55,297 nt of DNA, taken from assembly GCA_001824255.1 (NCBI GenBank), contig MHWQ01000002.1, positions 1 to 55,297 on the forward strand, read 5' to 3'. This document shows positions 34,659-42,600 of the stretch, piece after piece (position 1 is the first letter of the stretch; every line of letters begins with the position of its first letter). Made by a program: the position numbers and the translations under genes. Source of the DNA: Candidatus Zambryskibacteria bacterium RIFCSPLOWO2_02_FULL_51_21 (GTDB taxonomy: Bacteria; Patescibacteriota; Minisyncoccia; Phycocordibacterales; Zambryskibacteraceae). Below the pieces are notes generated by a model. That model had not been told where the DNA came from. It saw only the letters and a program-made list of their open reading frames with translations, and did no database searches.

Positions 34659-35030
34659 ATGAACAAGAAAATTATCTGGGTCATAGTGCTTCTAGCGGCG
34701 GTCGGCGGTTTGGTTTGGCTCATAAGGACTCCCGGCAAGCCGGGTGAGCTCGACGCTTTCGCGCAGTGCATCAAAGACAGCGGCGCCAAGTACTACGGCG
34801 CATTTTGGTGCCCCAACTGCAAGAATCAGGAAGCGCGCTTCGGCCGCTCGGCCAAACTCCTGCCCCGCATCGAGTGCTCGACCCCGGACGGCAAAGGCCA
34901 ACTGCCGGTTTGCCAGGAGGCTAAAATTGAGGGATATCCTACCTGGGACTTCCCCAATGGCACCAGACAAACGGGCAACCTGCCTCTTGAGACTCTGAGC
35001 GAGCTTACCAACTGTCTGTTGCCACAATAA
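34659..35030 (+). CDS. Membrane-anchored thioredoxin-like protein (VKOR-associated Trx-domain type, CPNC active site)
   Basis: N-terminal TM helix. SGAKYYGAFWCPNCKNQEARFG...IECS...VCQEAKIEGYPTW closely follows the Trx-like domain that is fused to bacterial VKOR homologues (from my memory of the Synechococcus sequence). Confidence 0.7.
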   Translation: MNKKIIWVIVLLAAVGGLVWLIRTPGKPGELDAFAQCIKDSGAKYYGAFWCPNCKNQEARFGRSAKLLPRIECSTPDGKGQLPVCQEAKIEGYPTWDFPNGTRQTGNLPLETLSELTNCLLPQ

Positions 35031-35031
35031 A

Positions 35032-35571
35032 ATGATTGAGACGATTAGAATCACTCTGCCTTACCTCGCGCTGTTTTCCCAAATCTTCTTGGCGGGGCTG
35101 TTGCTCCTGGTGATTTTCCGGGATTCTTTCGGCAGAGGCGCGGTGAATTTCATCGGCAAACATGCTCTCGTCCTCGGTTTCCTCATCTCTCTTGCCGCCA
35201 TAGCCGGGAGCCTGTTTTACTCGGAAGTGATAGGGTATGAAGCCTGTGTCCTCTGCTGGTGGCAGAGAGTCTTCCTCTACCCGCAGCTTGTCCTCTTCGC
35301 CATAGCTTCCTGGAAAGACGAAAGGTCGGTCTTTGCCTACTCTGTTGTCCTGTCGGCGCTTGCGGGCGTTATAGCGGCCTACCAGACATATGTCTATATG
35401 GGAGGTGCGTCTCTTCTGCCCTGCACGGCGGCGGAAGGCGCCTGCTCGAAGATTTACGTCAAAGAGTTCGGTTACATTACCATCCCCGTCATGTCACTTA
35501 CTCTGGTGCTCTACTATTTCCTACTCGCCTGGATAAACAAAATTTACAGAAATGAGAATCGTAACGCATAA
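35032..35571 (+). CDS. Disulfide bond formation protein, DsbB/BdbC family
   Basis: GSLFYSEVIGYEACVLCWWQRVFLYPQ (CxxC + QR) and LLPCTAAEGACSKIYVKEFGYITIPVMSL match the Bacillus BdbC-type layout. Four TM helices. Confidence 0.75.
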   Translation: MIETIRITLPYLALFSQIFLAGLLLLVIFRDSFGRGAVNFIGKHALVLGFLISLAAIAGSLFYSEVIGYEACVLCWWQRVFLYPQLVLFAIASWKDERSVFAYSVVLSALAGVIAAYQTYVYMGGASLLPCTAAEGACSKIYVKEFGYITIPVMSLTLVLYYFLLAWINKIYRNENRNA

Positions 35572-36418
35572 CGGGCATTTCCACACAGACGAGCTCATGG
35601 CCGTCTCAGCGCTTCTCTTGAAATATCCGGAAGCGGAAGTGGTGAGAACAAGGGATGAAGAGATTATCAAATCGGCCGATATCGTCGTCGATGTGGGTCA
35701 AGTGTATGATCCGAAAATTTTCCATTTCGACCACCATCAATCCGAAGGGGCCGGGAAAAGAGATAACGGCATTCCCTACGCTTCTTTCGGATTAGTTTGG
35801 AAACAATATGGTGAGGAGCTTGCTGGAGGAGAAGAGGAAGCAAAAATAATAGAGGAAATGCTGGCCACGCCGGTAGATGCCGGCGATAACGGTATCAATT
35901 TCTATAAACCGCTGTTCGGGGAAGTCCACGAGTATTCGCTGGGAGATTACTTTGAATCTTTTACCGCCGGCGTGGAATCTTTGGAAGATTATGACAGGGT
36001 CTTTTTTGAAGTTCTGCCTCTAGCCCGGGAATTGCTCGAAAGAGAGATAAACATAGCGCATCGGACGGTAAGTGATAGGCGGGAGATAAAAGAAATTTAC
36101 GAAAAGAGCGAGAACAAGAATATTATTACCTTGCCAAAATATTTGCACTGGAAAAAGGCTCTGATTCCGACCGAAGCTCTGTTTGTTGTTTATCCGCGGC
36201 CGGAAGGGAAGTGGGGGACGCAGGCCGTGCCAAAGGGTCTGAATAGTTTTGAAAACAAGAGAGATTTTCCCGCCGCCTGGGCCGGACTTTCCGGAAGCGG
36301 GTTAGCTAGCATATCTGGAGTGGCAGACGCCATCTTTTGCCACAAAGAAAAGTTTCTTTGTGTTGCCTTAAGTCGTGAGGGTGCCGAAAAGCTTGCGGAA
36401 ATCGCTCTTAACTCATAA
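35552..36418 (+). CDS. MYG1/UPF0160-family metal-dependent hydrolase
   Basis: MRIVTHNGHFHTDELMAVSALL...FDHHQ...ASFGLVWKQYG is the MYG1 signature. Confidence 0.8.
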   Translation: MRIVTHNGHFHTDELMAVSALLLKYPEAEVVRTRDEEIIKSADIVVDVGQVYDPKIFHFDHHQSEGAGKRDNGIPYASFGLVWKQYGEELAGGEEEAKIIEEMLATPVDAGDNGINFYKPLFGEVHEYSLGDYFESFTAGVESLEDYDRVFFEVLPLARELLEREINIAHRTVSDRREIKEIYEKSENKNIITLPKYLHWKKALIPTEALFVVYPRPEGKWGTQAVPKGLNSFENKRDFPAAWAGLSGSGLASISGVADAIFCHKEKFLCVALSREGAEKLAEIALNS

Positions 36419-36427
36419 GGTATACAA

Positions 36428-37381
36428 ATGCTTATAGACGATATTAGTCTCCATCTCAAAGCCGGGCGCGGCGGCAATGGCGTTGTCCGCTGGCGGCACG
36501 AGAAGGGCAAGGACAAGGGCGGCCCTTCGGGCGGCAACGGCGGCAAGGGCGGCGATGTCTATGCTTTGGCAGTGCGGGATATCGGGATTCTAGCAAGCTA
36601 TCGTAATATCAAGGAATTCTCTGCCGGCAGAGGGGAAGACGGCCTGAAGGATTCAAAGCAGGGCGGGGAAGGCGAGAATACCGAAATCAAGTTCCCAGTC
36701 GGATCGCGCCTGACCAATCTTGCCTCCGGGCATGTAATAGAACTTCTGAAGGAAGGAGAAAAAGTTCTGCTCCTGAAAGGCGGCCGGGGAGGCCTGGGGA
36801 ACGAGCATTTCAAGGCCTCAACCAATATCCGGCCCAAAGAATCTACGCCGGGCGAAGAAGGCGATGAAGCCGATTTCCATATCGAGCTTCTGCTCATTGC
36901 TGATTTCGGTCTCATCGGTCTGCCGAATGCCGGCAAATCAAGCCTTCTGAACGCGCTTACGAATGCCCGCTCCAAGACGGGCTCTTACCCCTTCACGACG
37001 CTCGAGCCTGGCCTGGGCGAGTTCTATGGGAGGATATTAGCCGATATCCCGGGGCTTATCGAGGGCGCTGCGGAAGGGAAGGGGCTTGGGCACAAATTTC
37101 TTAGACATATCGAACGCACTAAAACACTCATACACTGCGTGTCGGCGGAGGCAGCTGACCCACTGGGAGATTATCGGATTGTGAGAAAGGAACTCGAGCT
37201 TTATAATGAAGCAATAGCGAAAAAGCCGGAAATAATAGCGCTCACAAAGACGGACGCTGTATCCGAATCCGAAATTAAGGAAAAGGCGGCGCTCCTGAGC
37301 AAGTCTGGCAAAACCGTGATTACCTTTTCGATACTCGACGACAAGCTGATTGCAAACTTCAAAAAATGGATTACAAACTGA
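36428..37381 (+). CDS. obg: GTPase Obg/CgtA
   Basis: Obg fold: GRGGNGVVRWRHEKGKDKGGPSGGNGGKGGDVY. G1 motif GLIGLPNAGKSSLLNALT. DIPGLIEGA. Confidence 0.95.
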   Translation: MLIDDISLHLKAGRGGNGVVRWRHEKGKDKGGPSGGNGGKGGDVYALAVRDIGILASYRNIKEFSAGRGEDGLKDSKQGGEGENTEIKFPVGSRLTNLASGHVIELLKEGEKVLLLKGGRGGLGNEHFKASTNIRPKESTPGEEGDEADFHIELLLIADFGLIGLPNAGKSSLLNALTNARSKTGSYPFTTLEPGLGEFYGRILADIPGLIEGAAEGKGLGHKFLRHIERTKTLIHCVSAEAADPLGDYRIVRKELELYNEAIAKKPEIIALTKTDAVSESEIKEKAALLSKSGKTVITFSILDDKLIANFKKWITN

Positions 37382-38715
37382 CAGTAGGGCTCGAAATTCA
37401 CGCCGAATTGAAGACGCGGACGAAAATGTTCTGCGACTCCAAAAACGACCCGGACGAGAAGAGCCCGAATGCCAACATCTGCCCCGTCTGCATGGGCTAT
37501 CCCGGCACTCTGCCTGTTATCAACAGAGAAGCGGTGAAATCTATCCTTCGTTTGGGCGTTGCCGTAGGCGGCAAGCTCGCTGACTATGCGGAATTCGACC
37601 GTAAGAACTACTTCTACCCCGATATTCCCAAGGGCTATCAGATTTCTCAATACAAGCATCCTCTCATCTCTGGTGGGGAGCTTTCGGGGGTGAAGCTCAC
37701 CAGAATTCATTTAGAAGAAGATACAGCGCGTTCTACTCACGACAAGGGCGAAGAGAGTTTGGTTGATTTCAACCGAGCAGGGGTTCCCCTCATGGAACTT
37801 GTGACTGAGCCCGTCATCCATAGTGCCGAAGAAGCGGCAAGCTTCGCCAAGGAGCTCCAACTCCTTCTCCAGTATCTCGGTATCTCGGAAGCCAATATGG
37901 AGAAAGGCGAAATGAGAGTCGAAGCCAATGTCTCTGTCTCGAAAACCAGCGATTTCGGTACAAAAGTAGAGGTCAAGAACCTTAACTCCTTTCGTGCGAC
38001 TGCTAAGGCCATAGACTTTGAATACAAGAGGCAAGTCGAACTTATAGATAAAGGGGAGAAGGTGGCCCAGGAGACCCGCGGGTGGGACGAGAACGCCGGA
38101 GAAACCTTCTCACAGAGAGCCAAGGAAGAGTCTCATGACTATCGCTACTTCCCTGACCCGGACCTGCCGAAGCTTTTTATAAAAGAGATTCCAGAGTTTT
38201 CCGAAGAAAATTTGAAGGCCACTCTGCCTGAATTGCCGTGGGATAGAAGACGAAGGCTTCTAAACCTAGGCGTATCTCCGGAGCATGCCGAGATTTACGT
38301 AACCCAGCCGGAGTGGGGGACTTACTTCGGAGAAGTAAGTCAGACTCTTAAAGAACCAGAGTTAATCATCACGGCATCCAATTACATCACAAGCGAACTC
38401 AAAACACCGATAGACGCAAATGAGTTTGCAGAAACTGTTCGCATGATTGGAACGGGGGAGATATCATCTAAGGGCGCAAAAGAAATTTTGAAAATTCTCC
38501 AGGCTCAGGGCGGCGAAGCGAGAGCTATCGCGGAGAAAAATAATTTAATGCAGATAAGTGATAGGGGACAGCTCCAGAAATTCGCCGAAGAAGCCGTTAC
38601 CGAAAACAAAGAAGCCCCGATACAGTTCCTGGTGGGGCAGGTGATAAAGAAGTCCGGCGGCCGGGCGAATCCCGCAATTGCGCAGGAGTTACTCCTCGAG
38701 ATGCTGAATCGTTAA
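37366..38715 (+). CDS. gatB: Asp-tRNA(Asn)/Glu-tRNA(Gln) amidotransferase subunit B
   Basis: VGLEIHAELKTRTKMFC...CPVCMGYPGTLPVIN...NYFYPDIPKGYQISQ. No gatA or gatC lies adjacent. Confidence 0.95.
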   Translation: MDYKLTVGLEIHAELKTRTKMFCDSKNDPDEKSPNANICPVCMGYPGTLPVINREAVKSILRLGVAVGGKLADYAEFDRKNYFYPDIPKGYQISQYKHPLISGGELSGVKLTRIHLEEDTARSTHDKGEESLVDFNRAGVPLMELVTEPVIHSAEEAASFAKELQLLLQYLGISEANMEKGEMRVEANVSVSKTSDFGTKVEVKNLNSFRATAKAIDFEYKRQVELIDKGEKVAQETRGWDENAGETFSQRAKEESHDYRYFPDPDLPKLFIKEIPEFSEENLKATLPELPWDRRRRLLNLGVSPEHAEIYVTQPEWGTYFGEVSQTLKEPELIITASNYITSELKTPIDANEFAETVRMIGTGEISSKGAKEILKILQAQGGEARAIAEKNNLMQISDRGQLQKFAEEAVTENKEAPIQFLVGQVIKKSGGRANPAIAQELLLEMLNR

Positions 38716-38928
38716 TTTCTTGATTTGCTTCCTGGCGTTCGACTTATCCGTGCCACTTTCAATATCTTCGATAATGTGTTCCAATGAGGAAAGCTTGTAA
38801 ACGCGGTAATTGTTCATAGGATGCCGCTGGGCGCGGAATTTGCCGGACTTGTCCCAGTTCCTGAGGGTCAGCGGAGATACACCAAGTATCTCCGCTGCCT
38901 CCTTGATGGAAAAGTAGAGTTCTTTCAT
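38689..38928 (-). CDS. Small MerR/excisionase-type helix-turn-helix DNA-binding protein
   Basis: MKELYFSIKEAAEILGVSPLTLRNWDKSGKFRAQRHPMNNYRVYKLSSL. I chose the start at ATG 38928 (or 38934) rather than the track's 39087, which would run through the lepB start. The 3' end overlaps the gatB end by 27 nt. Confidence 0.7.
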   Translation of the reverse strand: MKELYFSIKEAAEILGVSPLTLRNWDKSGKFRAQRHPMNNYRVYKLSSLEHIIEDIESGTDKSNARKQIKKLTIQHLEE

Positions 38929-38968
38929 AAACATTACTAATTTATCACATGTGTTAATATGTACAAGT

Positions 38969-39493
38969 ATGCAGAAAGCAAAGATATTATCAGTGTTTAT
39001 AGTCGCTTTCATTGCTGCCGTTCTCATTCGGACTTTTGTGATGGAGGGATTCATTGTGGTGGGAGCTTCGATGGAGCCAGCTATCAAGAGCGGAGACTAC
39101 GTCTTCGTAAATAAACTCGCGTTCATAAAAAGTGAGCCGAAACGCGGAGACGTGGTGGTGGCAAGTCCGCGCGGAGGCAATAAAAAACTTATAAAAAGAA
39201 TCATCGGCCTGCCGGGGGAGCGTGTTTCCATAGAAAACGGCAAAGTAGTTATCAGAGCCGGCAGACTTGATGAGGGAGAAATACTCGCGGAAGCGTATCT
39301 CGGAGAGGGCCAGACCTCTTCCACAACAGGCATCTCTTTAATCAAACTGGACCTAGAAGAGTATTTCGCTCTGGGGGATAACCGCATGGTAAGCATTGAC
39401 TCCAGGGAACTTGGCCCAGTCGATGAGTGGGATATAAAGGGGAAAGTCATCGGAAGTCTCAATTTAATGCACTTTAGGTATAAAGGTTTTTAA
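38969..39493 (+). CDS. lepB: Signal peptidase I
   Basis: TM helix, then catalytic Ser box GASMEPAIKSGD. Lys box KRIIGLPGE. GDNRMVSIDSRELGPV. I prefer the ATG at 38969; the track's start at 38951 is a GTG. Confidence 0.85.
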   Translation: MQKAKILSVFIVAFIAAVLIRTFVMEGFIVVGASMEPAIKSGDYVFVNKLAFIKSEPKRGDVVVASPRGGNKKLIKRIIGLPGERVSIENGKVVIRAGRLDEGEILAEAYLGEGQTSSTTGISLIKLDLEEYFALGDNRMVSIDSRELGPVDEWDIKGKVIGSLNLMHFRYKGF

Positions 39494-39522
39494 ATCTTTT
39501 AGGTACGAATTAGTAAGGTTTA

Positions 39523-39555
39523 TAAGACTTCACATAGGTGAAGTCTTAAATTTTT
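39523..39555 (+). terminator. Rho-independent terminator after lepB
   Basis: TAAGACTTCAC (39523-39533), loop ATAG, GTGAAGTCTTA (39538-39548), then AATTTTTAA. Confidence 0.7.
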
Positions 39556-39618
39556 AAGCCTCAATTTTACAATTTACATTGAATTTTTAATGTTTAATTT
39601 ACGAAAGGGGATTCTTCT

Positions 39619-39646
39619 TGAAAATTGAAAACTGAAAATTGAAAAT
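39619..39646 (+). repeat. Four tandem heptamers TGAAAAT TGAAAAC TGAAAAT TGAAAAT
   Basis: Read directly from the AT-rich spacer upstream of the giant gene. The same unit occurs in 3 copies, inverted, at 5139-5159. Confidence 0.8.
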
Positions 39647-39692
39647 TATCGCAAAATTGTCCCCAGATTTTTGATTTTTTGCAATTGCCCAA

Positions 39693-42600
39693 ATGTATAA
39701 TAAATACAACGTGAAAGACGAACCGATACAGGATATCGGCATTCCGAAAACCAAAGAAGAAAAGCCCAATGAAGCTCCAAAGTGGCTTTCGATGTCTGAA
39801 GCCGCGCTTCTCACTCCTTACAGCGCGGAATATTTGAGTCTGCTCGCCAGGAAGAAAAAAATCGCTTCGAAGAAAATCGGCAATGCCTGGTACACGACGA
39901 AACAGGTGCTCGATGATTACATGCAGAGGCAAATGGTGCGCTCGCAACTCACGAACGGCAACCCGCATGAAATAAGCGCGACAGTGCAATCCGAGCTTGA
40001 GCCGAGGCACACTTACGGCCAGGACATAAGAAGATACCGGCTCGAGCAGGAGCTCGCGGGTGGCGGCATAGAACACGTGGAGCGCGCGCTGGAAAAAGTT
40101 CTTGATAAAAAAATCAGAGAAACATCGGCGATGGAATTGCCGGAAGAAAATAAAATCCGCCGGCATTTCAGAATTGTCACTTCAAGCAAAGTACTCGTGG
40201 CGGTCACGCTCGCCGCGATTCTTATCTTCTCAATTCTGCCGGTGCCGGTCGTATTCTCTTTCGTCTCGAGGTCGGTTGAATACGCGCGGGAAGCCTTAAA
40301 CGATGCTAATACCGTTTTGGGCTTTCGCCCCGGCACTCACGCCAATGAAATACTTCTTCTCGATAAGGAAGGCAACATCTCCATCATGGGCCATATCGAG
40401 ACCGAGGGGCAGTTCCGCTCGTTCGCGGCGCAAGGCATCGCGCCGATAGTGGTGGATTCAACTACCACGGCGACCAACTTATCCGCCGATCTGTTGGATG
40501 GACATTCCGCCGAGGAGTTTACGCTTGCCTTTGTAACCAAGAACGGCAACATGACGACGGAAGATGTCATTCTGGATGGCAACGCGGAGGTTGGAAAGAC
40601 GCTTATGGTCAAAGGGGCCACCAAGCTGCTCTCCACTCTGGAAGTGGGAGGCAAACTCAAGGTCTTCGGCAACGCCGAGTTCCGGCAGGCTATCAATGTC
40701 TTAGGCCCGGCCTATTTCGAAAGCTTGGTCACTCTTGCCAGTGACGCGAAAGTGGGCGGGAGCATGGACATTGAAGAGAATCTTACCGTGCGCGGGAACC
40801 TAAATGTGAAGAAAAACATTTCCGCCCGCGGGAGCATCGAGTCGGCCAGCGCCATTACCGGGAGAAGCGGCTCATTCGGTTCGCTCGGGGTAAACGGCAG
40901 TTTATCTGCTGGCGGCAAAATTGTCCTCGGCAACTCCGGGGATGTCCTGACCATTGATTCTAAAAATGTCACTCTCGACAGCAATGGCAACGCTGCCTTC
41001 GACGGTTCTGTCAGCGCGGCTGGATTTGGCGGAACTAATCTGGAGGTTACCAGCGCGACGAGCACGAATTTCTATACCGAGAGCCTTACCGTTCTTTTAA
41101 GTACCTTTACCTCTATTGTCGCCGATGACATGACCGTCGGGGCTCTTACTGCAACTAACGCCACCACAACTAACGCCACCACAACTAACGCCACTTCGAC
41201 AAATCTCTACTCATCTTCACTTGACGCCGACAACGCTGACTTGACTGAGCTCTTATTTATCCACGCCACTGGCACGGCGGCCACGACCACCAATTTATTC
41301 TCCACCACCGGCACCTTCGACGACCTCTACGTCAACGACTATCAGCAGAATGACGGCACCTTCCTCATCAACTCCAGCGTGGCGACCGGGGACATCTTCG
41401 CTGTCAATGACAGTGCCATTACCTCTGGTACTCTTATCCACCAAACGCTTACGGCCAACGCCGGCAATGGCCAGGTATCGTATGGGCAAACGATTGATTT
41501 GGTTGACTCAACTTCGGCGGGTGGCGGATATTCCGCTTTTTCCATCAACCTCTCCGGTTCTGGTACCGGCTCGGGTTCGAAAACCCTTCTTTCTCTAAGT
41601 CCGGGCGGAAGCAACCAGGTGGTTTTCGACTCTGCCGGAGCTTTCCGCCCGACAACGGATGTTTCCTCGAACACGAATTCCGTCGGCTCACCCTCTTACT
41701 ACTGGAAGAATGGCTACTTCGATACCATTACCGCCAACAACCTCTCCGGCACTGTCGTGTCCGGTGCCACCTCAAACAATACCTGGACCGTCGGCTCGAC
41801 AGAGACGGGCGACGCTTATAAAGCGCTTATCTTCCAGAGGAACTCCGGTTCGGGGAACGCACTTTTCCAGTGGGATGCCGGAACCAATGATTTGCGTTTT
41901 CTCTCCGTCAATTATCCTTTCAACGCCACTTACACCGTTGATGATTCATCCATCAGTACCACAGCCAATCTCTACTCCGGACTTCTCACCAATAACACCA
42001 CTGCCGGTACCCAGAAGCTTTTGTCCTTGACTAACACGGGCACAGGGACGACAGAGAATGGTATTTACCTCAACAACACCGGTACCGGCACGACAGCCAT
42101 TGAAGTGGCCGGAACCTGGACCAATGGACTAATCATCCCGGCCACAGCCGGCAATGTTGGCATTGGCACCACCACCCCGAACAACAAGCTGGACATCTAC
42201 TCCACCACCAAATCAGCCATCGGTTTCTCCGGCGCCTCCGGTACTACATACAAATGGACCATGGGCATGGATGTAACCAACGGCGGGAGATTCTCAATCG
42301 CATCTTCGACTGCTCTCGGCACGACAGACCGATTCGTGATCGATGGGAATGGGAATGTGGGCATCGGGACCACTGTGCCGGGCAAAAAATTGGAAGTCAG
42401 TGTCGGAACCGCCAATGAGTATCCTTTGCGGATTAATTCCTCAAGCGGCTACACGATAGATATTGGAGCTTTAAATGCCACCTATGCTCATTTTGATACC
42501 AATACTGCTGCCGGCTTCTATTTTTATGACAATGTGACAACCGGCGGAAGCTTCAACGGTCCCGGCACCGGTCTTACCGGGACAGCGGCGAGTTTAAATA

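Noticed and set aside
39594-40166. A 190-aa minus-strand ORF over the giant gene's 5' region and upstream spacer
   Set aside because: It runs through the heptamer array and the AT-rich spacer and is antisense to the HTH-coding segment. It has no motif.
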